Part shown: in pieces, positions 1 to 13,495 of the stretch | How positions within the stretch are numbered: the stretch's first letter is position 1 | Layout of the letters: every line of letters starts with the position of its first letter | From: Candidatus Rokuibacteriota bacterium | GTDB taxonomy: Bacteria; Methylomirabilota; Methylomirabilia; Rokubacteriales; CSP1-6 | Reading direction: 5' to 3' | DNA: 64,000 nucleotides | Assembly (NCBI GenBank): GCA_044869815.1 | Contig: JBIOXS010000143.1 | Location: forward strand, 7,563 to 71,562 | The notes under the pieces: generated by a model | Seen by the model: only the letters and a program-made list of their open reading frames with translations | What the model was told of the DNA's origin: nothing | The model's database searches: none | Made by a program: the position numbers and the translations under genes

Positions 1-2642
<2,642 letters not shown>

Positions 2643-2652
2643 GACACCGCCG

Positions 2653-3704
<1,052 letters not shown>

Positions 3705-3708
<4 letters not shown>

Positions 3709-4373
3709 GTCCTCGCCTTCGCCGCCGCCTGCCCGCGATAGATCTCGTCGAACAGCTCTTCCGGCGTGGCCACGCCCGGGCGGCGGCGGAGCGCGTCGGT
3801 GATGAGCTGCGAGGCTTCCGACGGGCGGTGCCCGAGCTGCTTGGTGAGCACCTCCCACACCAGCTCGCGCAGACCGTCGGCATCCAGGGCTGCCGCCGGC
3901 GCGCTGACCGGACTCTCGGCGCGCGCGTCCTCCCGCGCCAGCGCGAACTTCGAGACCTTCGACTGGAGCTGGGCGACGATGTTCTTGGCCTTCTGCGGTC
4001 CGATGCCGGGCAGCGCGCGCAGGTATTTCTCGTCCTGCCGCGCGATGGCCGCCGCCAGCTCGGCGACCGGCGCCGCCAGCGCACGCGCGGCGACCATCGG
4101 GCCGATGTCCTTGACGGTGATGAGCCGCTCGAAAAACTCCTTGTCGAGGTCGGAGGTGAAGCCGATGAGGACGGGGCGCGGCTGATCGCGGGTCGCGTGA
4201 TAGTAGATCACGAGGGCGAGCTCGCTCGCCTTGTCGCCCGCCTCCGGCGTGGCCGACTCCAGCGCGCGCATCGCGATCGGCGGCAGGTAGATCTCGTAGC
4301 CGATGCCCCCGCACTCGAGCACGACGCGGTCCTCGAGCTTGCGCCGCAGGCGGCCGGTCAGGGTGGCGATCAC
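3705..4373 (-). CDS. ruvA: Holliday junction DNA helicase subunit RuvA
   Basis: [33 protein letters not shown]-terminus and an HhH region [13 protein letters not shown]. Sits in ruvC-ruvA-ruvB order. Confidence 0.93.
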
Positions 4374-4864
4374 GAGAGCCGCGCGCCCGCGCGCGACAGC
4401 GCCGTGAGCGCCAGCGCCAGCGCGTCCGCCACGTGCGACGGCCGCGGCGCCACGGCGAGGCGGAGGAGCCGGCGCACGGCTTCCTGCACCTGCGCCTTCG
4501 ACGCGGCACCGTGACCGGCGATGGCGCGCTTCACCTCGGCCGGGGCCAGCGTGACGACCTCGACTCCGCGCTGCCGAGCGGCCAGACAGATCACCCCGCG
4601 CGCATGCGCCATCTGGAGCGCGGTGCGCGGGAAGCGATACTCGCTGTAGAGATCCTCGAGGACGAGGCCGCCGGGCGCGTGCTCGGACAACAGCCGGTCC
4701 ACCGCCTCGTGGATGAGGCCGACGCGGGTCTCGAGCGGCTGCGCGGCGCTGGTGGTGATCACGCCCGTGACCACGACATGGAGGCCGGCGGGTACGGGCT
4801 CGATGAGTCCGTAGCCGGTGCCGACGAGGCCGGGATCGACGCCGAGGATCCTGAGGCTAGGCAG
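4370..4864 (-). CDS. ruvC: crossover junction endodeoxyribonuclease RuvC (start codon non-canonical, see findings)
   Basis: The track ORF starts at GTG 4774 (MVTGVITTS), but the conserved RuvC N-terminus [19 protein letters not shown] is encoded in frame upstream (4855-4799). The only plausible initiator is CTG at 4862-4864. Confidence 0.8.
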   Translation of the reverse strand: MPSLRILGVDPGLVGTGYGLIEPVPAGLHVVVTGVITTSAAQPLETRVGLIHEAVDRLLSEHAPGGLVLEDLYSEYRFPRTALQMAHARGVICLAARQRGVEVVTLAPAEVKRAIAGHGAASKAQVQEAVRRLLRLAVAPRPSHVADALALALTALSRAGARLS

Positions 4865-5609
4865 CCGAGATGGCCTCGAGGACCTCGTCGGGGATGTCGT
4901 AATTCGCGTAGACGGACTGAACGTCGTCCAGCTCCTCCAGCGCCTCGATCAGCTTGACCACCGAGGTCGCGTCCTTGCCCTCGACGCGCACCGTCGACTG
5001 CGGCATGTACGTGACCTGCGCCTCGATGATCGGCACGCGCGCCCGGGCCAGCGCCTCGCGGACCTCGTCCATTTGAGCAGGCGCCGTCGTGATCTCGAAA
5101 GCTTTTTCGACCCGGCGCATGTCGGTGGCGCCCGCCTCGAGGGCCTTGTCGAGCAGCTCGTCCTCCGAGATCTTCTCGGCGTCGACCTGGATCATGCCCT
5201 TGCGCTCGAACATCCACGCCACCGCGCCCGCCGAGCCCATGTTGCCGCCGAACTTCTCGAACGTGTGCCGGACCTCCGGCCCCGTGCGGTTGCGATTGTC
5301 CGTCAATACCGCGATGAGCACCGCCACGCCGCCCGGGGCGTAGCCTTCGTAGGTGATCTCCTCGTAGGATTCGCCGGGCAGCTCGCCCGTTCCCTTCTGC
5401 ACGGCGCGCTTGATGTTGTCGGCCGGCATGTTCACTTCCTTCGCCGACTCGATGGCCGCCTTCAGGCGCATGTTGCCCTTGGGATCGCCGCCGCCGTTCC
5501 TGGCCGCCACCGTGATCTCGCGAAGGATCTTCGAGAACAGCTTGCCGCGCTGGACGTCGGCCTTGCCCTTCTTGCGCTTGATCTGCGACCACCGGGAGTG
5601 CCCTGACAT
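4857..5609 (-). CDS. yebC: YebC/PmpR family DNA-binding transcriptional regulator
   Basis: MSGHSRWSQIKRKKGKADVQRGKLFSKILREITVAAR is the hallmark YebC N-terminus. 250 aa. Confidence 0.93.
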   Translation of the reverse strand: MSGHSRWSQIKRKKGKADVQRGKLFSKILREITVAARNGGGDPKGNMRLKAAIESAKEVNMPADNIKRAVQKGTGELPGESYEEITYEGYAPGGVAVLIAVLTDNRNRTGPEVRHTFEKFGGNMGSAGAVAWMFERKGMIQVDAEKISEDELLDKALEAGATDMRRVEKAFEITTAPAQMDEVREALARARVPIIEAQVTYMPQSTVRVEGKDATSVVKLIEALEELDDVQSVYANYDIPDEVLEAISAA

Positions 5610-5613
5610 CGCT

Positions 5614-6600
5614 CTATCCTCTTTCGTTCGAGAGTGCGGCCTTGAGCCGCTTCACACGCTCGATCCGCCGATCGCGGCGCGCCAGCGCGCCGGTCCACCG
5701 CCGCCGCTCACCCTCCGTGCCCGGGGTGAACGGCCGGCAGGGCTGCGGGCGCAGGTCCCCGCCCAGGTGCACGTACGTAAGATACGCCGTGCAGGCGTGC
5801 CGCACCTCCCCGCTCCACGGCTGCTCCGCCAGGACCTTCACCCCGACCTCGAGCGACGAGGTGCCGACGTGGTTCAGCCCGGCCTTGAACGTCACCACCT
5901 CGTGCGTGTAGATCGGCGCGTAGAAGTCCATGGCGTCCAGGCACGCCGTCATCACGAAGCCTCTGCAATAGCGCATCGACAGGATCCCACCCGCCTCGTC
6001 GAGCTCCATCAGCATCTTGCCGGGAAACATCATGTTGCCGAACAGCGCGTCCTCCGGCAAGACCGACCGCGACGACTCGAAGCGCCACTGGAACTCCTCG
6101 TTGGCCGAGGTGTCGATGTCCCGCAGGCGGGCGGCCTTCTGCTCGAAGCGAACGCGTCGCTGCTCGCGTCGCGCCCGGGCCGCCTCGACCAGTGCGGCTT
6201 CGGCCGCATCCCGCGGCTCGATCTTGACGCCGATGGGGCGCGGGCGCACCTGGTCGTCCACGTTGACGAAGACCAGATGCGAGTTGAGCGTCACGGCGCG
6301 GGCGCCGCTGGCGACGTTCTCGGCCCACACCCGGACCCCGACCTCCAACGACGAGGTGCCGATGTACTCCACGCGCGCTCTCAAGATGGCGATCTCGCCG
6401 ATCTTGACCGGATGCAGGAAGTCGATGTCGTCCATCGCGCCGAGCACGGCGGTGCCCCTCGCCACACGCGCGGCCGCCAGCGTGCCGGCCTGGGTGATCC
6501 ACTGCATCATGCGCCCGCCGTGGATCTGTCCCGGCGCCCCCGCGTGTTCGGGGAACACCCAGTGAATCGTCTCGGTGACGGTGTCGGCGATCGATGGCAT
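5614..6600 (-). CDS. acyl-CoA thioesterase, tandem hotdog domains
   Basis: Two repeats of the BFIT/BACH-type motif (GGRMMQWI...VEYIGTSSLEVGVRV and GKMLMELDEAGG...LNHVGTSSLEVGVKV). Start chosen at ATG 6598-6600 (MPSIADTV). Confidence 0.85.
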   Translation of the reverse strand: MPSIADTVTETIHWVFPEHAGAPGQIHGGRMMQWITQAGTLAAARVARGTAVLGAMDDIDFLHPVKIGEIAILRARVEYIGTSSLEVGVRVWAENVASGARAVTLNSHLVFVNVDDQVRPRPIGVKIEPRDAAEAALVEAARARREQRRVRFEQKAARLRDIDTSANEEFQWRFESSRSVLPEDALFGNMMFPGKMLMELDEAGGILSMRYCRGFVMTACLDAMDFYAPIYTHEVVTFKAGLNHVGTSSLEVGVKVLAEQPWSGEVRHACTAYLTYVHLGGDLRPQPCRPFTPGTEGERRRWTGALARRDRRIERVKRLKAALSNERG

Positions 6601-6696
6601 CGGCCCAGAACGGAGATAGCACGGCGGCGCGCCGCCGCGCAATGCAGGCGACGCGCCGCCCCGAGCGCGGACGGCGGCTCCGCCACGTTGCTCGCG

Positions 6697-7221
6697 TCAG
6701 CTGGACGGGCGCTCGAGGAGCCGACCGCGCGCCGTTTCGACGCGCATCGGTGCCGCGGCGTCAGCGCTGTGGACCGCGAGCGAGGCGGCGATCCGCAGCG
6801 CCCGCTCGGTGACCTCGCGATCGCCGAGCTGCGCGAAACCCTCGGCGACGCGCACCACGCCGTCGACGGAGCCCTCGGCGCGCGCCCGGTTGAGCGCCGC
6901 CAGGTAGACCTGCCGTGCTCGCGGAGCGGCGGCGCCGTGCATTGCCGCTTCGATCCGCACGCGGGCGTCACCAGCCTCGACGAGTCCACGCCAGCCACGG
7001 CTCATGCGAGCCACCTCGTAGGCTTGCTGCCAGGCCTTGAGCGCCGCCGTGGCGTCGCCGCGCGCGAGCGCCTCGTCCACGGTCACGAGGGCCGCCCTGC
7101 GCGCCCGCTCGGCGGCGTCGTCCTGGGGAGTCCGGCTCCGGCCCGTCGCGATCTCGGCGACGGCGGCGAGGATGAAGAGCAGGGCCACGAGCACGATGGG
7201 CAGCTTCGGTGTCGGCTGCAT
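6697..7221 (-). CDS. hypothetical membrane-anchored protein (helical, Ala/Arg-rich)
   Basis: ATG 7219-7221 is preceded by GGAGGG. The N-terminal TM segment is MQPTPKLPIVLVALLFILAAVAEIA. No recognisable domain. Confidence 0.6.
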   Translation of the reverse strand: MQPTPKLPIVLVALLFILAAVAEIATGRSRTPQDDAAERARRAALVTVDEALARGDATAALKAWQQAYEVARMSRGWRGLVEAGDARVRIEAAMHGAAAPRARQVYLAALNRARAEGSVDGVVRVAEGFAQLGDREVTERALRIAASLAVHSADAAAPMRVETARGRLLERPSS

Positions 7222-7256
7222 CGTCGTCCCTCCTCGAGTGCTCGCCGCAGAGGAAG

Positions 7257-7272
7257 GGCAATGACGGTGCCA
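7257..7272 (-). promoter_or_regulatory. sigma-54 (-24/-12) promoter candidate
   Basis: The minus strand reads TGGCACCGTCATTGCC, i.e. TGGCAC-N5-TTGC with exact consensus spacing. The -12 GC lies about 37 nt upstream of ATG 7221, with GGAGGG between them. Confidence 0.6.
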
Positions 7273-7374
7273 CACCGTCGCGCGCGTCGAGCGACTTCGA
7301 CCACGAGGATTTACGCGGAGCGCGTGTCGCAACGTCGCCGTCGATCGGGCCTTTCGCCCGGGCGGCGCCGGGTT

Positions 7375-8925
7375 CTACGGCTCGAGCGCGACGGGGGCCA
7401 GGCGGTGGAAGCCGGTCGGATGCAGGCGCAGGTTCCGAACCTCGGGGCGCGCCACGCCCCACACGAGCCGCACGTAGATGGGCAGCCACGGCATGTCGTC
7501 GGCCAGCAGCGCCTGGCCGCGCTGGTAGAGGCGCGCGCGCTCGTGGCGCGAGGCGAGCTGACTGGCCCGGATGAGAACGTCGTCCAGGCGCGGGTTGCGA
7601 TAGAAGGAGAAGTTCAACGCCTTCGGGCCGGGGCGGGCTCCCTCGCTCGTCGACAGAGGGAACAGGAACAGATGCGGATCGCCGCCGACCACCGAGGCTT
7701 CGGCAAGCGCGAGCTCGTGGACACCGCCTTCGAGGGCGGTTCGCACCATGTCGCTCGGCTCGATCTTCACGCGAACGGGAATGTCGGAGCCGCCGAGCAT
7801 GAGCGCCATGCTCTCGGCGAGCTTCGTGGCATTGATCCCGCTCACGTCACCCGGGATGAGCATGACCGGTGTCGCGCCTTGCGGCCAGCCGCCATCCCGG
7901 AGGAGTGCCCGGACCTGCTCGCGCGTGCCGCCCAGCACGGGACTGCCTTCGCGCCGCGCCCACGCGCCCGGCGGTAGAAAGGACTGGAGGGGCACGGCCG
8001 TCCGGTCGAGCGCGGCGCCGAGCGTCGCGGGATCGAGCGCCGCCGCCACCGCTTGCCGCAGCTTCTTGCGCGAAAAGGGCTCCTTCTCGGTCTGGAAGGC
8101 CAGATACCCTACGCGCAGTCCGGGTGTGGACAGCGCACCGTCCAGACGCCGCGGCGGACCCGGCGGAAACCAGATGTCGAGCGCGCGCGCTGCGAACTCC
8201 GCTTCCGCGTGCTCGTCGTTGGCCACGTCGAGGAACACCATCCGCTCGCTGCGCGGCGCTCCGGACCAGTGTCCGCTCACCGCCTCGAGCGCCATGCGGC
8301 CGGGCGAGATATCGACGACGCGGTACGGGCCGCTGCCCACGAGGCGGGTGACGCCCTCGACGGGACCGCCCAGACGGGCGATTGACATCGCCGGGTGCGC
8401 GAGCACGGTGAGAAGCGCGGCATAGGGCTGGACCAGGACGATGTTCACCGTGCTTCGATCCGCCGCGCGCACCTCCTTGATCACGCCCGGAACGCCGCGC
8501 AGGAGCGCGGCCCACGCCGCGTGCGGGGTCGACGGATCGGTCTTGAGGTGGCGGGTGAAGCTCGCCGCGACCTCGGCGGCGGTGACGGACGCGCCGTCGT
8601 GAAAGGTCACACCATTCCGGAGCGTGAACGACCAGGTGAGGCCATCACGCGAGACCGCCCAGCGCGTCGCGAGCGCGGGATCGACGTCGGTCGAGCCTAC
8701 CCGGTAGGCGACGAGGGTGTCGAAGACCTGGCGCGCGATGAGAGGAACGGCGCCGTCGAGCGCCGCCGCGGGGTCGAGGGCGGCCGGCACGCCGCTGACG
8801 CCGACGCGCAGCTCGCGGCGGCCCTGCGCCAAGGTGTCGGCGAACGACACAAGCGAGAGCACGAGGCAGGGGACGAGGACGACGACGAAGCGGGCGCGCA
8901 GCGACTGCGAACAGCGCATCCACAT
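7375..8925 (-). CDS. ABC transporter substrate-binding protein, family 5 (peptide/nickel type), orphan
   Basis: Signal peptide MWMRCSQSLRARFVVVLVPCLVLSLVSFA, then LRVGVSGVPAALDPAAALDGAVPLIARQVFDTLVAY, typical of SBP_bac_5. No adjacent permeases. Confidence 0.82.
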   Translation of the reverse strand: MWMRCSQSLRARFVVVLVPCLVLSLVSFADTLAQGRRELRVGVSGVPAALDPAAALDGAVPLIARQVFDTLVAYRVGSTDVDPALATRWAVSRDGLTWSFTLRNGVTFHDGASVTAAEVAASFTRHLKTDPSTPHAAWAALLRGVPGVIKEVRAADRSTVNIVLVQPYAALLTVLAHPAMSIARLGGPVEGVTRLVGSGPYRVVDISPGRMALEAVSGHWSGAPRSERMVFLDVANDEHAEAEFAARALDIWFPPGPPRRLDGALSTPGLRVGYLAFQTEKEPFSRKKLRQAVAAALDPATLGAALDRTAVPLQSFLPPGAWARREGSPVLGGTREQVRALLRDGGWPQGATPVMLIPGDVSGINATKLAESMALMLGGSDIPVRVKIEPSDMVRTALEGGVHELALAEASVVGGDPHLFLFPLSTSEGARPGPKALNFSFYRNPRLDDVLIRASQLASRHERARLYQRGQALLADDMPWLPIYVRLVWGVARPEVRNLRLHPTGFHRLAPVALEP

Positions 8926-9104
8926 CTTTATACGTGGAACCCCATGTGCACGCCAACGGTTTCGAGCGTAGCCATCCTCGGTACGGAACTTGCGTAAGAG
9001 GTGGCCGAGGGCGGCGTCGTGATCTCCGTCGGTCACGCGCGCGCGCCGTCGGGCGGAACGAGCGAAAACGGCGGTCCGAAATGCCGCCGAAGGACCTGAC
9101 AACC

Positions 9105-9134
9105 TTGACTTTCTTTTTTACGGCCGCCTATACT
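9105..9134 (+). promoter_or_regulatory. sigma-70-type promoter candidate for mpa
   Basis: TTGACT (9105-9110), 18-nt spacer, TATACT (9129-9134), about 65 nt upstream of the mpa ATG in an AT-richer spacer. Confidence 0.5.
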
Positions 9135-9199
9135 CGGTCAGCGACGGAAAAGCTCGAGCACGAGCGGCACATGAGGGGTCAAGAGAGAAGGGATGGGCT

Positions 9200-11017
9200 A
9201 TGAAGGAGTTCGACAAAAAGAGTAGCCCTGGCCGCGAGGGCTTCTCCAAGTTCCTTCCCGCCTCGATGTCCGATTCGAGCACGCGCCGTCGCCTAACGGA
9301 GTACGAGATCCAGGTGCAGGACCTTCAGGCTTACGTGAGGTCGCTCGAGGCGGAGACGGTGCACCTGCGCAAGAAACTCGAAGACACACCGAAGGACTTC
9401 ATGGTGCTGGAGAACAAGCTGCGCGAGGCCAACCGGCAGCTCGTGCAAGCGTTCAATCAGAACGAGAAGCTCGTCAACGCCCTCTACGAGGCGCGCGAGC
9501 AGATCACCGCGCTCAAGGAGGAGGTCGACAAGCTCTGCGCGCCGCCCTCGACGTACGGCGTGTATCTGTCGCTGAACGAGGACGGCACCGTCAACATCCT
9601 GGCGCAGGGTCGCAAGGTGAAGGTGAACCTGCATCCGTCGATCAAGCCGGAGAGCATCAAGCCGGGCCAGGAGCTCGTGCTGAACGAGGGCCTCAACGTC
9701 GTGGAGGCCGCCGGCTACGAGATCCAGGGCGACGTCGTCATCCTCAAGGAGCAACTCGACCCCGAGCGGGCGGTGGTCACCCTCCGCGCGGACGAGGAAA
9801 AGGTCGGTATCATCGCCGATCCGCTGCGCTCGCTGCGTCTGAAGACCGGCGACCACATCCTGATGGATGCCAAGAGTGGATACCTTCTGGAAAAGCTTCC
9901 TAAGAGTGAAGTAGAGGATCTTTCGCTCGAGGAAGTGCCGGACATCGGCTACGACGATATTGGAGGTCTCGGCACCCAGATCGAGACGATCAAGGACGCC
10001 GTGGAGCTGCCGTACCTCTACGCCGACTACTACAAGGAGCACAAGCTCACCCCGCCCAAGGGTGTGCTGCTCTACGGCCCTCCCGGCTGCGGCAAGACCA
10101 TGATCGCCAAGGCGGTGGCGAACAATCTCGCCGAGAAGATCTCCGAGAAGCGCGGCGAGAAGATCAAGGGCTTCTTCCTGAACATCAAGGGCCCCGAGCT
10201 GCTGAACAAGTACGTCGGCGAGACCGAGCGCAAGATCCGGGAGATCTTCGTCAAAGCCAAAGAGAAGGCCAACGAAGATGTGCCCGTTGTCGTCTTTTTC
10301 GACGAGATGGACGCGCTCTTCCGCACCCGCGGCACCGGTATCTCGTCGGACGTCGAGACCACCATCGTCCCGCAGCTGCTCGCCGAGATCGACGGCGTCG
10401 AGGGGTTGAAGAACGTCATCGTGATCGGCGCCTCCAACCGGCAGGACCTCATCGATCCGGCCATCCTGCGGCCGGGCCGGCTGGACGTGAAGATCAAGAT
10501 CGAGCGGCCGGACCAGCAGGCGGCCAACGACATCTTCAAGAAGTACATGACGACGGACATCCCGATCGCGGAGTCCGAGACGAAGCAGCACCGCGGCGAC
10601 GTCCAGACCGCCATCGACGCGATGATCGTCACGACCATCGAGTCGATGTACAGCCTGAGCGAGGAGAACCGGTTCCTCGAGGTGACGTACGCGAACGGCG
10701 ACAAGGAGGTCCTCTACTTCAAGGACTTCTCCTCGGGCGCCATGATCGAGTCGATCGTGCGGCGGGCCAAGAAGCTCGCGCTCAAGCGCTACATCGGCAA
10801 GGGTGAGAAGGGGATCATGGCGGACGACCTGCTCACCGCGGTCCGGGAGGAGTTCAAGGAGAACGAGGATCTGCCGAACACGACCAATCCCGACGACTGG
10901 GCGAAGATCGCCGGCAAGAAGGGCGAGCGCATCGTCTACGTGAAGCCGCTGATGGGCGAGACGAAAGAGAAGCAGCGCAACGTCGAAAAGGTCGTCAACA
11001 CCGGACAGTACCTCTAA
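9200..11017 (+). CDS. mpa: proteasome-associated AAA ATPase Mpa/ARC
   Basis: 605 aa. N-terminal coiled coil ([26 protein letters not shown]), Walker [16 protein letters not shown], Walker B VVFFDEMD, and C-terminal NTGQYL (the GQYL proteasome-docking motif). Confidence 0.95.
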   Translation: MKEFDKKSSPGREGFSKFLPASMSDSSTRRRLTEYEIQVQDLQAYVRSLEAETVHLRKKLEDTPKDFMVLENKLREANRQLVQAFNQNEKLVNALYEAREQITALKEEVDKLCAPPSTYGVYLSLNEDGTVNILAQGRKVKVNLHPSIKPESIKPGQELVLNEGLNVVEAAGYEIQGDVVILKEQLDPERAVVTLRADEEKVGIIADPLRSLRLKTGDHILMDAKSGYLLEKLPKSEVEDLSLEEVPDIGYDDIGGLGTQIETIKDAVELPYLYADYYKEHKLTPPKGVLLYGPPGCGKTMIAKAVANNLAEKISEKRGEKIKGFFLNIKGPELLNKYVGETERKIREIFVKAKEKANEDVPVVVFFDEMDALFRTRGTGISSDVETTIVPQLLAEIDGVEGLKNVIVIGASNRQDLIDPAILRPGRLDVKIKIERPDQQAANDIFKKYMTTDIPIAESETKQHRGDVQTAIDAMIVTTIESMYSLSEENRFLEVTYANGDKEVLYFKDFSSGAMIESIVRRAKKLALKRYIGKGEKGIMADDLLTAVREEFKENEDLPNTTNPDDWAKIAGKKGERIVYVKPLMGETKEKQRNVEKVVNTGQYL

Positions 11018-11090
11018 CAAATAGGGAGCGCCCGGCGCTTGCCCCCGTTTGCTATAACTAGGGTGGCGCCGGGGGCTCCGCTATCCGCAC

Positions 11091-11118
11091 CCCGGCCGCC
11101 GCGGCCGGGATTCTTTTT
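11091..11118 (+). terminator. intrinsic terminator/attenuator between mpa and dop
   Basis: CCCGGCC-GCCGC-GGCCGGG hairpin (7-bp GC stem) followed by ATTCTTTTT. Confidence 0.6.
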
Positions 11119-11155
11119 CAACGACTGTTTCACGCGAGCTTCGTAGAGGGGACGC

Positions 11156-12655
11156 ATGGCCATCCCGAAAGTCATGGGCATCGAGACCGAGTACGGCATC
11201 ACCGTCAAGAACCAGCCCGACTTCAACCCCATCCTCTCGTCGCTCCTGCTGATCAACTCGTACGAGACGTACCGGTCGTCCAGGGTGCGGTGGGACTACG
11301 AGGCCGAGAGCCCGCTCCGGGATGCACGCGGCTTCGAGTACATGGAGGAAAAAGAAGGGACCTCCAAGGAGGAGTCCCGCCTGATCAATCTCATCCTGTC
11401 GAACGGCGCGCGCTTCTACGTCGACCATGCGCACCCGGAGTACTCGAGCCCGGAGACGACGAACCCGCGCGACACCGTCATCTGGGATCGCGCCGGAGAG
11501 CGGATCTTGAATCTGTCGCGGCAACGAGCGGAAGCAGTCTCTCCGCCGGAGCAGCGCATCCTCATCTACAAGAACAACACCGATAACAAGGGCAACTCCT
11601 ACGGCACCCACGAGAACTACCTGATGGACCGCAAGGTGCCCTTCGCGCGGATCGTCCAGCACATGATGCCGTTCTTCGTCTCGCGGCAGATCTACACGGG
11701 CGCCGGCAAGCTCGGCTACGAGAACAACGCCGAGCCCTGCGATTACCAGATCTCGCAGCGGGCCGATTTCCTCGAGACCGAGGTCGGGCTCGAGACGATG
11801 GACTCGCGCCCGATCGTCAACACGCGCGACGAGCCGCACGCGGATCCCGAGAAGTATCGGCGGCTCCACGTCATCGTCGGCGACGCGAACATGAGCGAGA
11901 TCTCCACCTACCTCAAGGTCGGCACCATGGCCGTGGTGCTCAGCATGGTCGAGGACGACTTCATCGACCGCGATCTCTCCATCGACGGGCCGGTGGCGGC
12001 CTTCCGGAAGGTCTCGCGCGATCTCGGCTGCCGGGACACCTTCCGGCTGAAGGACGGGCGCAGCATCTCCGCCGTCGACCACCAGCGCGAGTTCCTCGGG
12101 CTCGCCCAGCGCTACTACAAGGACCGCGAGCAGGAACCGTGGGTGCGGGAGCTGCTCATGCGGTGGGAGCACACGCTCGACCGGCTGGCCGAGGATCCCA
12201 CGCAGCTCGGCCGCGACCTCGACTGGGTGATCAAGCGCCAGCTCCTCGAGAACTACACCGACAAGCACGCCCTGGACTGGAACGATCACCGCCTGCAGAT
12301 GATCGACCTCCAGTACCACGACATCCGGCCCGGCAAGGGCCTGTACTACAAGCTCGAGGAGTCGGAGGCCGTCGAACGCCTCGTGACCGACGACGAGATC
12401 TCGAAGGCGATCTACGATCCGCCCAAGGACACGCGCGCGTACTTCCGCGGGATGTGCCTGCAGCGCTACGCCGACGAGATCGTCTCCGCCTCCTGGGACT
12501 CGGTGATCTTCGACCTCAAGGAAGGTCCGCTCAAGAAGATCTTCATGCTCGAGCCGCTGCGGGGGACCGAGGCGCACGTCCGGCAGCTCCTCACGGAGTC
12601 GCCGACGGCCGCCGATCTCCTGCGCAACATCTCGCGGCCCAGCTTCGGCATGTAA
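11156..12655 (+). CDS. dop: Pup deamidase/depupylase Dop
   Basis: 499 aa, MAIPKVMGIETEYGI, NNTDNKGNSYGTHENYLM. It is the longer of the two PafA/Dop paralogs, consistent with a Dop-loop insertion, and is positioned before prcB. Confidence 0.9.
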   Translation: MAIPKVMGIETEYGITVKNQPDFNPILSSLLLINSYETYRSSRVRWDYEAESPLRDARGFEYMEEKEGTSKEESRLINLILSNGARFYVDHAHPEYSSPETTNPRDTVIWDRAGERILNLSRQRAEAVSPPEQRILIYKNNTDNKGNSYGTHENYLMDRKVPFARIVQHMMPFFVSRQIYTGAGKLGYENNAEPCDYQISQRADFLETEVGLETMDSRPIVNTRDEPHADPEKYRRLHVIVGDANMSEISTYLKVGTMAVVLSMVEDDFIDRDLSIDGPVAAFRKVSRDLGCRDTFRLKDGRSISAVDHQREFLGLAQRYYKDREQEPWVRELLMRWEHTLDRLAEDPTQLGRDLDWVIKRQLLENYTDKHALDWNDHRLQMIDLQYHDIRPGKGLYYKLEESEAVERLVTDDEISKAIYDPPKDTRAYFRGMCLQRYADEIVSASWDSVIFDLKEGPLKKIFMLEPLRGTEAHVRQLLTESPTAADLLRNISRPSFGM

Positions 12656-12680
12656 GGCGTTCTTCGGGCAAAGGAGAAGG

Positions 12681-13493
12681 ATGAGCGACGCGCGCTGGCA
12701 GGACGTCTTTCGCACGTACGCCGACTCGAGCTTCGTCGAGCTGCTCCGACGGGAAACGCCGCACTTGATGCCGGCGGCGGCGGCCGTCGGCGAGGCGACG
12801 GCGGTCGAGGTGCCGCATGGCACGACGGTCATCGCCGTCCGGTTCCGCGACGGCGTCATCATGACGGGCGACCGCCAGGCCACCGCCGGCTATCAGGTCG
12901 CCAGCCGGCGGATCGAGAAGATCTTCAAGTCCGATGACCTGTCCGGCGTCGGCATCGCGGGCGCGGCCGGCCCCGCCATGGAGATGGCCAAGCTCTTCCA
13001 GACCGAGCTCGAGCACTACGAGAAGGTGGAGGGCGACAACCTGTCGCTCGAAGGCAAGGCCAACAAGCTCGGGCAGATGATCCGCATGAACCTCCAGGCG
13101 GCCATGATGGGTCTGGCCGTGGTGCCGATCTTCGCCGGCTTCGACGAGAAATCCGGCCTCGGCCGTCTGTTCAAGTACGACATCACGGGCGGCCGCTACG
13201 AGGAGACGAACTACGACGCCCAGGGCTCGGGCTCCAAGGACGCCCGCGACTCGCTGAAGAAGCTGTGGAAGCGCGACATGGGCCGTGACGAGGCGCTCCA
13301 GGTGGCCCTGCAGGCGCTGATCGACGCCGCCGACGAGGACGTCGGGACGGGAGGACCGGATTTCGTCCGGGGGATCTTCCCGACCGTGAAGACGATCACG
13401 CGCAGCGGCTTCGGCGACGTCGCGGAAGACGAGATCCGCCGCGTGTGCGAGCAGATCCTCGACGACCGCAAGCGCACCGGGAACGGGGGCTGA
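12681..13493 (+). CDS. prcB: 20S proteasome beta subunit
   Basis: AAGGAG RBS. The propeptide SSFVELLRRETPHLMPA resembles the mycobacterial PrcB propeptide, with cleavage/active site HG|TTVIAVRFRDGVIMTGDRQAT. Confidence 0.95.
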   Translation: MSDARWQDVFRTYADSSFVELLRRETPHLMPAAAAVGEATAVEVPHGTTVIAVRFRDGVIMTGDRQATAGYQVASRRIEKIFKSDDLSGVGIAGAAGPAMEMAKLFQTELEHYEKVEGDNLSLEGKANKLGQMIRMNLQAAMMGLAVVPIFAGFDEKSGLGRLFKYDITGGRYEETNYDAQGSGSKDARDSLKKLWKRDMGRDEALQVALQALIDAADEDVGTGGPDFVRGIFPTVKTITRSGFGDVAEDEIRRVCEQILDDRKRTGNGG

Positions 13494-13495
13494 CG

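Noticed and set aside
11063-11146. 27-codon ORF (VAPGAPLSAPRPPRPGFFFNDCFTRAS) in the mpa-dop spacer, considered as a mini-Pup.
   Set aside because: It has no RBS and no Pup-like C-terminal Gly-Gly-Gln/Glu. It spans the terminator hairpin, so its sequence is dictated by RNA structure.
13440-13493. PrcB ends in ...KRTGNGG, a ubiquitin-like di-glycine terminus. NRAMP and MoaDE also end in GG.
   Set aside because: Gly-rich C-termini are frequent in GC-rich genomes. Proteasome beta subunit tails are variable, and nothing else suggests a modifier function.
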